Positions 18,742-29,054 are shown, numbered from the stretch's first letter. The stretch is DNA of 58,326 nt from an uncultured Candidatus Saccharibacteria bacterium (GCA_964348515.1 CAYGDA010000003.1:10401-68726); one strand, 5' to 3'. Made by a program: numbers and translations. Notes: generated by a model from the sequence alone, not told the origin.

Positions 18742-19052
18742 GTTTTGATTTCTTTCTTGATCCACTCGGCTGCTTTTTTAGAGATATTTGTTACGGGTAA
18801 AGATTCCAAAACAAAAGTTTCATAACTATGAAGTTTTTTAACCAGATCCTCTGCTTTTTTGAAATTGGAAACAATCGATTCCATAACAAGTAAAACCTCT
18901 CTGGCATTCTGTTTCTTACCTTTCCAAAGAAACGAGGATTGTACAGGGAAACACTTAACACAAATAACAATACGTTCTTTCAAAAGTGCATCGCCGATTT
19001 TTTTGGCTTCCTTTTGATTGGCGCAAGATAGGATAAAAATTGACGGTTTCAT
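18738..19052 (-). CDS. cutA: divalent-cation tolerance protein CutA
   Basis: 104-aa ORF with a CutA1-like pattern (SSFLWKGK...E). Confidence 0.7.
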   Translation of the reverse strand: MKPSIFILSCANQKEAKKIGDALLKERIVICVKCFPVQSSFLWKGKKQNAREVLLVMESIVSNFKKAEDLVKKLHSYETFVLESLPVTNISKKAAEWIKKEIKT

Positions 19053-19057
19053 TTGAG

Positions 19058-19129
19058 CGGGCCCACCAGGACTCGAACCTGGAACCTCGGTTTTGGAGAC
19101 CGATGTTTTACCGTTGAAACTATAGGCCC
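19058..19129 (-). tRNA. tRNA-Trp (anticodon CCA)
   Basis: Hand-folded. Anticodon loop CTCCAAA, T-loop TTCGAGT. Confidence 0.9.
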
Positions 19130-19191
19130 TTTAAACTTTGACACTATAACTAAAAACCCCGCTTTTGGCGAGATTTTTAGTGGGTGTTTGA

Positions 19192-19356
19192 TTATTTCTT
19201 AACTTCTTTATGCACAGTCTGCGCGCGACAGGAATTGCAGAACTTTTTGAGTTCTATTTTGCGGGTTACAAGCTTTTTGTTCTTGCTTGTCCAATAATTA
19301 AAACGCTTGCACTTAGAGCATTGGAGCTTGAAGAGGCGGTCTTGGGATTTAGCCAT
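19192..19356 (-). CDS. rpmG: 50S ribosomal protein L33 (54 aa; not in the ORF track)
   Basis: My translation is MAKSQDRLFKLQCSKCKRFNYWTSKNKKLVTRKIELKKFCNSCRAQTVHKEVKK. It has the CxxC...CxxC L33 pattern. Confidence 0.9.
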   Translation of the reverse strand: MAKSQDRLFKLQCSKCKRFNYWTSKNKKLVTRKIELKKFCNSCRAQTVHKEVKK

Positions 19357-19418
19357 AATGGACAGAAGATACTACAGAATAACGATAATTGCAACCACCT
19401 ATCCCCTTTCTTTAAATG

Positions 19419-19502
19419 TGCGTAGGGCAGGATTTGAACCTGCGAAGCCCTATGGGCGACAGATTTACAGTCTGTTGCGATTGACCACTCCGCCACCTAC
19501 GC
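19419..19502 (-). tRNA. tRNA-Tyr (anticodon GUA), bacterial long-variable-arm type
   Basis: Hand-folded. Anticodon loop CTGTAAA, T-loop TTCAAAT. Confidence 0.9.
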
Positions 19503-19557
19503 ATGTCGCCTTACAAGAAATAACCCTACACTATTTTATGCTTCTTGTTAAGATTTT

Positions 19558-22248
19558 TTAGACTTTTTCCAAATGTTCCTTCCCGGAGACTCCTATACCA
19601 CTCGGAGCTTTCCCTTTCTTTATTTCCACTGTGATTTCTCCGTCCTTTACTGAAACAACAGCCGAACTGCCGGGCGCAAGTTTCTTGCCGATAAGAGTGG
19701 AAGCTATCGGGTTTAGCATTTTTGTCTGAATCAAACGCTTAATAGGGCGGGCGCCGTAGTGCGGGTCATACCCTTCTTTGGCGATTTTATCCACCGCCTG
19801 CGGGGAAACAGAAAGCTTGATTCCCTTCTCCAGAAGTCGTCCCGAAAGAAGCTCGATTTGAACCGAAACAATTTTCTTTATTACTTCAGTGGAAAGAATA
19901 TCAAATACAACGATGTCATCGAGACGGTTCAAAAATTCCGGGCGGAAATGTTCCTTCAGGCTTTCAAACACTTTTTCTTTCATTGAAGAGTAATCATTTT
20001 CTTTGGTGTTGTTTGAAAAACCAATGGATTCCATTTTTTGTATGTACTGAGAACCCACGTTTGAAGTGAGAATTATTATGCAATTTTTGAAGTTAACCGT
20101 ACGACCCTTGGAATCTGTAAGTCTGCCTTCATCAAGCACCTGAAGAAGTGTGTTGAACACTTCCGGATGAGCCTTTTCTATTTCGTCAAAGAGAACCACT
20201 GAGTACGGTCTGTGACGCACAGCTTCGGTAAGCTGTCCGGATTCTTCATAACCGACATATCCCGGAGGTGCGCCAAGGAGTTTAGAAACGGAATGCTTCT
20301 CCATATACTCCGACATGTCAATTTTAATGAGAGCTTTGTCGTCGTTAAACATAAATTCCGCCAGGGCTTTGGTAAGCTCGGTCTTTCCCACTCCCGTGGG
20401 TCCCATGAACATAAATGAGCCAATGGGGCGATTCGGATCTGAGATACCGGCACGCGAACGCCGTACCGCATCTGAAATTTTAGAAATCGCATCATCCTGA
20501 CCGATAACGCGGCGTTTTAAATATTCCTCCATATGCGCTAATTTCTCGGCTTCTTCTTCAATCATCCGGTGAAGAGGAATTCCGGTCCAACGCGCCACAA
20601 CCCCGGCGATGTCTTCTTCGGTAATTTCTTCACGCAAAATCCTTCGTGTCTTCTGAAGCTTCTTCAAACGTTCAAGTTTACCGTCCAAATCTTTTTTAAG
20701 AAGCGGAAGTTTCCCGTAGCGGATTTCCGCAACACGCCCAAGGTCTCCGCGGAGTTCCGCGTTTTCCCCCTCAAAACGCAAAGTTTCCATCTCCTTTTTA
20801 AGGGAGCGTATTTCCGTGAGAATTCCTTTTTCGTTTTTCCATTTAAGTTCAAGTTCGTGGGTCTTTTCGCGCAGGTTAGCGATTTCTTTATCAATAGTCT
20901 TAACCCGCGACTTGGTGGACTTCCCATCTTCGGCAATATCAAGATTCATCTCTTTAACAAGAGCTTCTTTTTCTATTTCCAAACGCATTATCTTGCGGTG
21001 AGTTTCCTCAAGCAACGGCGGCTTGTTTTCCAGTGCTATGCGGAGCGCAGAGGCGGCCTCGTCGATTAAATCAATCGCCTTGTCCGGCAAGAAGCGGCTC
21101 GTTATGTAACGGCTGGAAAGATTGACGGCGGAAAGGATTGCGTCATCGGTGATGCGAACCCCGTGATAAAGCTCATATTTTTCTTTAAGACCGCGCAACA
21201 TTGCCACGGTGTCTTCAAGAGAAGGTTCTTCCACATAAACCGGCTGGAAGCGGCGCGAGAGCGCCTGGTCCTTCTCAATATGCTTCTGATACTCCCTTAT
21301 GGTCGTGGCTCCGATGGCACGGAGATCTCCCCGCGAAAGAGCGGGTTTTATAAGGTTAACGAAATCGGCCCCTCCTTCTGCAGCTCCGGCACCGACAATG
21401 GTATGAATTTCATCAATAAAAAGTATCACCCGGCCTTCGGCGCGTTCTATTTCTTTTATTATTCCCTTAAGGCGTTCTTCGAACTCGCCGCGGTATTTTG
21501 TTCCGGCAATAAGACCGCCCAAATCGAGTGACAATAATTCTTTCCCCTTCAAAGAATCCGGAACGTCATTTTTGGCTATGCGTATCGCAAGCCCCTCAAC
21601 AACAGCGGTCTTTCCGGTTCCTGCCTCTCCGATTAAAATCGGATTGTTTTTTGTACGCCGCGAAAGAATCTGCATAAGACGCATTATTTCATTGTCACGC
21701 CCTATGACAGGGTCAAGCTTGTCTTCCTGCGCCTCTTTAGTCAGGTTGCGCGTAAACTTGGCAAGTGCGCGGAATTTTTTCTGTTGTGATTCTCCAACGG
21801 TGTGGCTGCGCATTTCTTCAAGCACGCGGAGCGCCTCATCTTTGTTTATGCGGAAGCGCGCAAACAGTTCGCGGATATTGCCGTTCACATCAAGAAGAGC
21901 CAGAAACAAATGTTCCGTTGAAATAAAATCGTCTTTCAAAGATATGGAAACTTTATCGGCCAAATCAAGAGCCTGAACAAGTTCCGGCGTCAGATACATC
22001 TGAAACGACGGGGACATAACGTTGACGTTCTCCGGCGACTCTATAAGTTCAAGAGCAGATTCAGTGAGAAGGATTGTATCAATTTCCAAACGCTCCAAAA
22101 TGGAAATAACCATGCTTTCATCCTGAAGAAGGAGCGCCGCCAAAAGGTGAACCGGCGTTACATGATTTTGACCACGTTCATTAGCCAGCACGTGCGCGCG
22201 CTGGATTGCTTCCCTGGCTTTGGTTGTATATTTTTGAAATGGAGGCAT
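19558..22248 (-). CDS. clpB: ATP-dependent chaperone ClpB
   Basis: Clp N-domain, two AAA+ modules (GEAGTGKT and GPTGVGKT) and a long M-domain coiled coil. Confidence 0.95.
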   Translation of the reverse strand: MPPFQKYTTKAREAIQRAHVLANERGQNHVTPVHLLAALLLQDESMVISILERLEIDTILLTESALELIESPENVNVMSPSFQMYLTPELVQALDLADKVSISLKDDFISTEHLFLALLDVNGNIRELFARFRINKDEALRVLEEMRSHTVGESQQKKFRALAKFTRNLTKEAQEDKLDPVIGRDNEIMRLMQILSRRTKNNPILIGEAGTGKTAVVEGLAIRIAKNDVPDSLKGKELLSLDLGGLIAGTKYRGEFEERLKGIIKEIERAEGRVILFIDEIHTIVGAGAAEGGADFVNLIKPALSRGDLRAIGATTIREYQKHIEKDQALSRRFQPVYVEEPSLEDTVAMLRGLKEKYELYHGVRITDDAILSAVNLSSRYITSRFLPDKAIDLIDEAASALRIALENKPPLLEETHRKIMRLEIEKEALVKEMNLDIAEDGKSTKSRVKTIDKEIANLREKTHELELKWKNEKGILTEIRSLKKEMETLRFEGENAELRGDLGRVAEIRYGKLPLLKKDLDGKLERLKKLQKTRRILREEITEEDIAGVVARWTGIPLHRMIEEEAEKLAHMEEYLKRRVIGQDDAISKISDAVRRSRAGISDPNRPIGSFMFMGPTGVGKTELTKALAEFMFNDDKALIKIDMSEYMEKHSVSKLLGAPPGYVGYEESGQLTEAVRHRPYSVVLFDEIEKAHPEVFNTLLQVLDEGRLTDSKGRTVNFKNCIIILTSNVGSQYIQKMESIGFSNNTKENDYSSMKEKVFESLKEHFRPEFLNRLDDIVVFDILSTEVIKKIVSVQIELLSGRLLEKGIKLSVSPQAVDKIAKEGYDPHYGARPIKRLIQTKMLNPIASTLIGKKLAPGSSAVVSVKDGEITVEIKKGKAPSGIGVSGKEHLEKV

Positions 22249-22312
22249 AAATAATGGTTTATAATAAACAATTTACAATAAAATAAATAAAAGTCAATGT
22301 TCAAAAAACCCT

Positions 22313-23185
22313 TTAATTGCTTGCCGCTGGAACCGTAACTCCCACAGCCGCTGTTCCCGATTCTGTTTTTCTCGCAGAAGAAGCGCTGGTTTCTTTCCCC
22401 TTAATGGCCGCCTGCAGAACATCCCCGGTGATTATCTCAGTTCTCCCGTGGAGAACCAAGGCAAGCCCAACAATGGAACCGTCAGTGCTGAAAATCGGAG
22501 CCCCCGAATCGCTTTCCCTGAGTACTATATCCGTTTTAAGGGAAACGACTGACCTTTCTGTGTTTACATTTACCTCGGTAATATTCCCAACAGTAAGACG
22601 GAATGCGGAGATACCGGAAATCACAAATACCTTTTGCCCAAGATTAATTGCTTTCGGGTCGGCAAAAACATCCTGCGTGTCTTTTTTATAATCTGCCGGT
22701 AATATTACTTTAAGCACCGCCGCGCCGGAATTTCCATGATATATAACTTCAGCCGGGACAATAACGCGGTCAGCGAGCTCAACTGAAACAGCTCTGCTTC
22801 CGACTTCCCCCACAAGTCCCCCATCCACAAATACCACGCTCTCCGAAGGGATCAAAAAACCTATTCCTGAATACTCGCGCGCCGCGACAGTAGTTGACGC
22901 TGAAGTACCGACCGGTAAAAGACGCACTACCCTGTCTTTTTCAGATGCGGCAATTGCGGGAATAGTTTCATCTTCCCTTATAACAATTTTGACCTCCTTG
23001 GTTGACGGTCCTGGTACCACTTTCTCAACGGTCTGCTGGACAACACGGTTGATTGTCTGAGTAATTGGTGTTGGCACCTGCTGCAGTAAGTACACAGTCA
23101 AAATACCAGTGGCAATTGAAGTTACAAAGCTCGTAAGGAGCGTCAAAATAATCAGTTGTGACTTGTTCAGGTCTTCTATATCCAT
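22313..23185 (-). CDS. membrane-anchored trypsin-like (S1C-like) serine protease
   Basis: N-terminal TM helix. GIGFLI and SDSGAPIF resemble GDSGGP. Confidence 0.6.
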   Translation of the reverse strand: MDIEDLNKSQLIILTLLTSFVTSIATGILTVYLLQQVPTPITQTINRVVQQTVEKVVPGPSTKEVKIVIREDETIPAIAASEKDRVVRLLPVGTSASTTVAAREYSGIGFLIPSESVVFVDGGLVGEVGSRAVSVELADRVIVPAEVIYHGNSGAAVLKVILPADYKKDTQDVFADPKAINLGQKVFVISGISAFRLTVGNITEVNVNTERSVVSLKTDIVLRESDSGAPIFSTDGSIVGLALVLHGRTEIITGDVLQAAIKGKETSASSARKTESGTAAVGVTVPAASN

Positions 23186-23239
23186 TTCTTTATTCCAATA
23201 CTATCACAGGGGAAAAAAGTAAAACATTACATCCTTTAC

Positions 23240-23818
23240 CTACATAGCTCCGGAGAGTCTCTCCTCCACCGCTTCCCAGTCTATTGCCTTCATAAAAGAA
23301 TCTATGTAATCAGCCTTCTTAAGACCGTAATCAATCATAAATGAGTGTTCAAAAACATCCATAACGAGAAGGGGCACCGCTCCGGCCAAATGCCCCGCAT
23401 CATGCTCATTTACCCAAGTGTTGAAGATAATTCTCTTTTCCGGGTCGTATGACAATATGACCCAGCCTATCCCGCGCATAGCGCCGGCGGAAACAAAATC
23501 TTTTTTCCACCCATCAAATGACCCCCAAAGGTAGTTGAAAACTTTTCCAAGCTCTCCGCCGTCACTCAGCGCCTTGCCGCCGCTCACCATGTTGCCAAAA
23601 TAAAGTTCGTGCAAACGCATACCGTTCCATTCCCAACCAAAGCGCCTCCTTACTTCCGCACATTCAGGAGTGCCTGATTCCGCGTTTTTCAAAAATGCCG
23701 CGAGTTTGTTTGTGTTCGTGACATACCCTTGGTACAGGGTGAAATGATTTTTAAGAAGAGCATCGGAAAATCCCGGCGTGCCCAAGAGAGAATCAAAGTT
23801 CTTCGCTGTGTATTCCAT
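23240..23818 (-). CDS. Fe/Mn superoxide dismutase
   Basis: C-terminal DVFEHSF resembles DVWEHAYY. The N-terminal helical hairpin carries conserved His residues. Confidence 0.85.
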   Translation of the reverse strand: MEYTAKNFDSLLGTPGFSDALLKNHFTLYQGYVTNTNKLAAFLKNAESGTPECAEVRRRFGWEWNGMRLHELYFGNMVSGGKALSDGGELGKVFNYLWGSFDGWKKDFVSAGAMRGIGWVILSYDPEKRIIFNTWVNEHDAGHLAGAVPLLVMDVFEHSFMIDYGLKKADYIDSFMKAIDWEAVEERLSGAM

Positions 23819-23839
23819 AATATTTGTAATAATTAATAA

Positions 23840-25036
23840 TTATTTTATGAACGCTTCCGTAATTTGCTCTATGGAGGCAAGGAGCTCTTCAATGTCTTTT
23901 TTTTCAGTATGCCGTCCCGTGGTAATCCTAATGCTTTCTTTCGCCTCAGTCTCATTTCCTCCGATCGCCATTATAACATAGGAGCCTTCCTCATCCCGTG
24001 AAGCGCAGGCGCTTCTGGCGGAGACAGAAAACCCTTTTGCATCAAGGCGTAAAATCATTTCTTCGGCCAACATGCCGGAAAACGAAACGTTTATATTGTT
24101 TGGACTGCGCCCGGAAAGCGAACCGTTTATTCCGGCACTGGGAACCCGCCGCTTTAATTCCCCAAAAAACCAATCCCGGATAAGAGTGAGACGTTTGCTC
24201 TCTCTTTCCCGTATTCCGGCAGATTCAGAAAACGCTTCCGCAAATGAAACCGCGAGAGAGACGGGCTCTGTTCCGCTGCGTAATCCACCTTCTTGTCCGC
24301 CGCCAAAAACAACCGGTTCAAGCGGAACAGTCTTTTTTTTATACAAAAATCCAATCCCCTTCGGTCCATAAAGTTTTGCCGAATTGACACTCATTAAATC
24401 CGCGCGCAAAGGTCCGGGACGCAAATCAAAATAATTTCCGGCCTGGCATGCGTCTGTATGAAAAATCGGGTAAGTGCTTTTCTTCTCTCTCCGGAAACGT
24501 TCAACCGCCTTACCAATTTCTTTTACGGGTTCCACTGTTCCTATTTCATTGTTTACAAAAATTACAGACACCAAAAAAGTATCGTCTGTCAGGGCCCCGT
24601 ATATATCATTCGGATTCACAAACCCGCCGGAGTCAACCGGCACGTATGTCACGCGCACACCTTCTTTTTCCAAAACATGCGCGGGTTCCATGAGTGATGG
24701 GTGTTCCACCGAACTCATGACTAAATGCGGGGTTTTGCCGGGAAATTTTTCGCGAAAGGCCCTTAGCGCCCCAAACAGGGCAAGATTATTGCTCTCCGTA
24801 CCTCCGCTCGTGAATATAATTTCCGCCGGGTTGCAAAGGATAATGTCGGCAATTTTTTTTCTCGCGTTCTCCAACGCCTTCTTTGCTTTAACACCTTCCG
24901 CGTAAAGCGCGCCCGCATTGCCGCTGTTTTCTTTTTCGTTATTTATGAATGCCGACAAAGAACGCTCCGAAACCGGGGCAGAAGCCGCGTAATCCAAATA
25001 AATGCGTTTTTTACTTTTCCAAAACATTGAAGACAA
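23840..25036 (-). CDS. cysteine desulfurase (NifS/IscS class V aminotransferase)
   Basis: IYLDYAASAP start, HTDACQ, SVNSAKLYGPKG PLP-Lys region, and the SARSACAS catalytic Cys loop. Confidence 0.9.
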   Translation of the reverse strand: MSSMFWKSKKRIYLDYAASAPVSERSLSAFINNEKENSGNAGALYAEGVKAKKALENARKKIADIILCNPAEIIFTSGGTESNNLALFGALRAFREKFPGKTPHLVMSSVEHPSLMEPAHVLEKEGVRVTYVPVDSGGFVNPNDIYGALTDDTFLVSVIFVNNEIGTVEPVKEIGKAVERFRREKKSTYPIFHTDACQAGNYFDLRPGPLRADLMSVNSAKLYGPKGIGFLYKKKTVPLEPVVFGGGQEGGLRSGTEPVSLAVSFAEAFSESAGIRERESKRLTLIRDWFFGELKRRVPSAGINGSLSGRSPNNINVSFSGMLAEEMILRLDAKGFSVSARSACASRDEEGSYVIMAIGGNETEAKESIRITTGRHTEKKDIEELLASIEQITEAFIK

Positions 25037-25070
25037 TCTACTCCCGCCTCAAAAAAACTACAACAAAAAA

Positions 25071-25898
25071 TTAGCGGCGCCCCAAAACTATCGTAGGAAT
25101 CTGGTTTATAAAAGTATTGACGATGGCGGCATTTCTTTGGGCATTCAGCTGTTCTACCTGAACTTTTATATGCTCGCCTAGTTTTTTCGCTTCCTGTTCG
25201 GCTGCAACCTTGAGGGCCGCCCTGTCTCCCGCGAATTGCCCCATGGCTTTGATTTTCTCCCCGTCCAGCCTTCCCAACGTGGCCATATCACCCCTTGCTT
25301 TAGCCTGATTAATTTGGGCGTCAAAAAAAGCACTGGTTCGCGCCTCCTTCTGCGCAATCTGCTGTTCCACCTGCCGGACATTCGCCTGCAGTTGTCTTTC
25401 CATGGCGGATCTTTGACCCTCGATTTGGCGTTTTTGCATTTCAGTATTTATACCGACCTGCATGCTTTGTACGGCAGGGGCGGTAAAATCTATGGCCTGG
25501 GCTTCAGTTGGCTTCATCCCCCCAACCGCCGCGACTCCCATCATGCCCGCCACGATTGCAGATTTCCCCAAACCCCCGGCCTTATGAAGCACACCATCAG
25601 CTACCTCTTCCACTCCGCGTTTGGCTATATTTATCCCAGCCAGAAAAGAAGCCAGCATAACGCGGGCAGTGCTCAATTTTGCCTCCCTGTTCCAGTTATT
25701 GGCAGGACCGTGTTTTTCTTCAAGACCGGCAACCCCTTCCGCCTGCATAGCCACGCCTTCCAGCGCCTCCGTTTTTACCAAAGAACCGTCACTCATCTCA
25801 ATTGATGACGGGAGACTCTCAGGTCCCTGCTCCTGTACTTTTTGGAGAACTCCTCCTTCTTCCTGCTGATTTATTCCGCCTTGTTCAAGGTTATTCAT
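25071..25898 (-). CDS. hypothetical protein: acidic N-terminus, a central G/A-rich hydrophobic segment, and a Q/A-rich coiled-coil C-terminus
   Basis: 275-aa ORF lying 2 nt after the upstream ORF. No family recognised. Confidence 0.5.
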   Translation of the reverse strand: MNNLEQGGINQQEEGGVLQKVQEQGPESLPSSIEMSDGSLVKTEALEGVAMQAEGVAGLEEKHGPANNWNREAKLSTARVMLASFLAGINIAKRGVEEVADGVLHKAGGLGKSAIVAGMMGVAAVGGMKPTEAQAIDFTAPAVQSMQVGINTEMQKRQIEGQRSAMERQLQANVRQVEQQIAQKEARTSAFFDAQINQAKARGDMATLGRLDGEKIKAMGQFAGDRAALKVAAEQEAKKLGEHIKVQVEQLNAQRNAAIVNTFINQIPTIVLGRR

Positions 25899-25900
25899 AA

Positions 25901-26176
25901 TTATGAGTTTAAATCTTTGGTAATTTGCGTAATATCTTTTTCAACAAGCACTTTAATCCTGGCTGAATCTCCGATTGAAGAGAGTTTTTCTTTAAAGTTT
26001 TCCACCAGGGCGGGCAATTTTTCGGCGTCCTCTTTGAAAACATCCACGAGAAGGGTGAGTATTAAGTGCCCGCAATGAGGCAGGCGTTCAAGGAAAAAAT
26101 CTTTATCCCCCTGGGGTAAAGCAGAGTATTTAATCAATTCGTCCGCTTCTTTCCTCAACGCTTCTCTGTCATTCAT
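25901..26176 (-). CDS. small helical hypothetical protein
   Basis: 91-aa ORF forming an operon with 25071-25898. Confidence 0.45.
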   Translation of the reverse strand: MNDREALRKEADELIKYSALPQGDKDFFLERLPHCGHLILTLLVDVFKEDAEKLPALVENFKEKLSSIGDSARIKVLVEKDITQITKDLNS

Positions 26177-26341
26177 AATAAATCAGATTATACACCAAAA
26201 ACCCGCCCAATCATCACAAAAAACACAAACCGTGCCCGTGGCGGACAAACATTTTAAACACCACCATTCTCCAAAACGCTGTCAATGACGTTCCCTAAAA
26301 AAGCTTTGATAAATCGCCCCTTTGCGCTAGAATCCCTAACT

Positions 26342-26803
26342 ATGAGTATCACCCTTTCCCCTACAGTTATTCTCATTGGCGCAAACGCAATTCTCATTAT
26401 TGCCACGCTATATTTGAGTTATCGCCTTTCGGGACTTCTTAAAGGGAGGGGGGCCAGAACACTGGAAGACACATTAAAAACGGGTTTTTCCAAAATCACA
26501 GAACTCGAAGATGAAAACAGCACTCTGAAAGACCGCGTAGACACCCTGGATAAAAAAATGAAGGAAGCCGTGCGTAACGTGGAGACTCTACGATTCAATC
26601 CGTTTGAAGATGCCGGCAGCAACCAAAGTTTTGCCAGTTCATTCGTTAACGAGGAAGGTAACGGGGTCATTGTTTCCTCCCTGTACGCGCGCGGACAAAT
26701 GAGTATATTTGCCAAACCCGTGGAACACTTCAGTTCCAAACACGAGCTCACGGGAGAAGAAAAAACAGTGCTTCAAAAAAGCCGCGAAAAATCTTCCCGC
26801 TAA
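26342..26803 (+). CDS. DUF4446-like membrane protein
   Basis: TM helix, coiled coil, then LRFNPFEDAGSNQSFA...SSLYAR. The start could instead be 26285. Confidence 0.6.
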   Translation: MSITLSPTVILIGANAILIIATLYLSYRLSGLLKGRGARTLEDTLKTGFSKITELEDENSTLKDRVDTLDKKMKEAVRNVETLRFNPFEDAGSNQSFASSFVNEEGNGVIVSSLYARGQMSIFAKPVEHFSSKHELTGEEKTVLQKSREKSSR

Positions 26804-26823
26804 AATGAAGACAGAAAATAATA

Positions 26824-28335
26824 ATGACAAAAAATCCTACAACAGAAATTTCCGAGCGCCCGCCAGTAGTGGCGGTTTTGGGGCATGTCGATCACGGCAA
26901 ATCCTCCCTTCTTGATTACATAAGAAAAACAAACGTGGTGGCGGGAGAGGCCGGCGGTATTACGCAATACATTTCCGCATACGAAGTAACGCACAAGAAC
27001 GATGCCGGAACGGAAAAGAAAATAACTTTTTTGGATACCCCCGGACATGCGGCGTTTTCCGGAATGCGCGAGCGCGGAGTTGAAATTGCCGACATCGCGA
27101 TTCTTGTCGTATCCGCCGAGGACGGAGCCAAAGCCCAAACCGTTGAAGCTTACAAAACAATAAAACAAAGCGGCATACCGTTTATTGTTGCCATAAATAA
27201 AATAGACAAGCCCGCGGCAGACATAGAACGCACCAAACAAAGCCTGGCTGAAAACGAAGTATATGTTGAAGGATATGGCGGCTCTGTTTCCGCCATGCCT
27301 ATTTCGGCGAAAAGCGGTGCGGGAATACCAGAACTTTTGGACATGATTTTGCTTGCCGCTGAACTTGAGGGGCTTAAGGGCGACGCCGGTCTTCCCGGAA
27401 CGGGATTTGTTTTGGAATCATTCCTGGACCCTAAACGCGGTATTTCCACCACGCTTGTGATAAAAGACGGTACGGTCGGACGCGGCGCTTTTATTCTGGC
27501 GGGAAGCGCTTTGGCGCCTTTCCGTATTGTGGAAGATTTTATGGGTAAACCTTTGGAGAGCGCATCATTTTCAAAACCAATAAAAGTAACGGGCTGGGAC
27601 GGTTTGCCGGAAACCGGTTCCAGGTTTCTCACATACACCGATAAAAAACAGGCTGAAGAAGCCCAAAAGTCGGCAAAGGAAAAGATAAAAGATATAAAAA
27701 GCGAATCTTTCACTCAGGATGACGGGAGTATGGCAATCGTGCCTCTTATAATAAAAGCCGATGTGGTCGGAACACTTGAAGCAGTCCTCAAAGAAATACA
27801 AAAAATTAAAAAAGAAAATACTGTCATTAAAATAGTGTCCGCCTCAGTGGGCGCAATCGGCGAAAATGACGTGTTGCTCGCCTCCGGCGACAAACGCGCG
27901 CTTGTTGTTGGTTTTAACGTTAAGGTGGAGACTAAAGCCAAGGATCAGGCTGAACGCCTCAATATCCCAATCAACACTTTTGACATAATTTACAAATTGT
28001 CAGAATGGCTGGAAACAGTCGCCGAGGAACGCCGCCCGCGCGAGGAAGTCAAAGAAATAAAAGGTATGCTTAAAATTCTTAAAACTTTCAGCGCGGTAAA
28101 AGATAAACAAGTTATAGGGGGGCGTGTTCTTTCAGGCTCTATCGTAAATGGCGGAAACGTAAGAATTCTGCGCCGTGATTTTGAAATCGGTCAAGGAAAA
28201 ATTATGGAACTGCAGTGCCAAAAAGTTAAAACCGGCGAGGTCCCGGAAGGAAACGAATGCGGGCTTCAAGTTGAATCAAAAATGGAGATTGCTCCGGGAG
28301 ATGTTTTGGAAGAATTTGTAATAACCAAAAAATAA
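26824..28335 (+). CDS. infB: translation initiation factor IF-2 (short form, no long N-terminal domain)
   Basis: GHVDHGKSSLLD, DTPGH and NKID GTPase motifs. Confidence 0.95.
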   Translation: MTKNPTTEISERPPVVAVLGHVDHGKSSLLDYIRKTNVVAGEAGGITQYISAYEVTHKNDAGTEKKITFLDTPGHAAFSGMRERGVEIADIAILVVSAEDGAKAQTVEAYKTIKQSGIPFIVAINKIDKPAADIERTKQSLAENEVYVEGYGGSVSAMPISAKSGAGIPELLDMILLAAELEGLKGDAGLPGTGFVLESFLDPKRGISTTLVIKDGTVGRGAFILAGSALAPFRIVEDFMGKPLESASFSKPIKVTGWDGLPETGSRFLTYTDKKQAEEAQKSAKEKIKDIKSESFTQDDGSMAIVPLIIKADVVGTLEAVLKEIQKIKKENTVIKIVSASVGAIGENDVLLASGDKRALVVGFNVKVETKAKDQAERLNIPINTFDIIYKLSEWLETVAEERRPREEVKEIKGMLKILKTFSAVKDKQVIGGRVLSGSIVNGGNVRILRRDFEIGQGKIMELQCQKVKTGEVPEGNECGLQVESKMEIAPGDVLEEFVITKK

Positions 28336-28336
28336 T

Positions 28337-28669
28337 ATGCCTTCCTCCAGAGACGAACGACTGAAAAAACTTCTGCGCGTAAAGGCCGCCGAATTTTTTG
28401 AACGTGAATCAAACGGCACTTCCCTTATAACCGTAACCAAATGCGACATTTCCCCGGACTGGAAACGGGCCACTATTTATATATCCGTGTTGCCGGAAGA
28501 CAAAGAAGGTGAGGCCATAACTTTCATCAAAAGGCGTTTGCATGATTTCCGCGAAATAGTGAAGAAGGAAGCGACATTCAAAATTATTCCCTTCTTTGAA
28601 GTGGCTTTGGATATCGGAGAAAAAAACCGCGCCCGCATAGATGAGCTCCTACGTTCCGAAAATACCTAG
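28337..28669 (+). CDS. rbfA: ribosome-binding factor A
   Basis: 110-aa KH-like RbfA pattern, immediately after infB. Confidence 0.8.
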   Translation: MPSSRDERLKKLLRVKAAEFFERESNGTSLITVTKCDISPDWKRATIYISVLPEDKEGEAITFIKRRLHDFREIVKKEATFKIIPFFEVALDIGEKNRARIDELLRSENT

Positions 28670-28688
28670 AATTTTTCCTCTCTTTGTG

Positions 28689-28694
28689 TATAAT
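28689..28694 (+). promoter_or_regulatory. candidate -10 box (TATAAT) for the tRNA-Lys/tRNA-Leu unit
   Basis: Perfect TATAAT 13 nt upstream of tRNA-Lys. No good -35. Confidence 0.3.
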
Positions 28695-28707
28695 CGTTCT
28701 AGTTTAT

Positions 28708-28780
28708 CCGCCCATAGCTCAGCTGGTAGAGCAGTTGCCTCTTAAGCAAACGGTCGCAGGTTCGATTCCTGCTGGGCGGA
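28708..28780 (+). tRNA. tRNA-Lys (anticodon CUU)
   Basis: Hand-folded. Anticodon loop CTCTTAA, T-loop TTCGATT. The first pair is an unusual C1-G72, and 27/43 is G-A. Confidence 0.85.
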
Positions 28781-28927
28781 CAAGTTTAAAAGTTTGCGGG
28801 GCAAAGTTTTAAACTTGTCCGAGCCGCAACGAGCAGAGCGAGTGAGGCGGGGTCGCGAGTACTTAGCGCGCGGAGTGTTGCGAAGCAATACGAGCACGCT
28901 TAGTAACTCGTAACGACGAGAATTATT
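28781..28927 (+). repeat. tRNA-linked structured spacer element, copy A
   Basis: A 17-bp hairpin at 28780-28818, then the box GAGGCGGGGTCGCGAGT (28844-28860) and a helix pairing 28856-28868 with 28897-28910. Homologous to 29757-29953 and 58187-58296. Confidence 0.65.
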
Positions 28928-29012
28928 GCCGAGGTGGCGGAATTGGTAGACGCGCATGCCTTAGGAGCATGTAGGGAAACCTGTGGAGGTTCAAGTCCTC
29001 TCCTCGGCACCA
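28928..29012 (+). tRNA. tRNA-Leu (anticodon UAG), CCA encoded
   Basis: Hand-folded type II tRNA. Anticodon loop CTTAGGA, 3' end GGCACCA. Confidence 0.9.
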
Positions 29013-29045
29013 AACAAAATACCGCCCATCTTAGACCGGCGGTAT
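29012..29045 (-). terminator. intrinsic terminator of the 29055-29546 gene
   Basis: ATACCGCC/GGCGGTAT stem followed by ATTTTGTTTG on the minus strand. Confidence 0.5.
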
Positions 29046-29054
29046 CTGACTGAC

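Noticed and set aside
28742-28957. 71-aa minus-strand ORF, and the 97-aa ORF at 29449-29742
   Set aside because: They overlap tRNA genes and the spacer element. They have no RBS and unusual composition.
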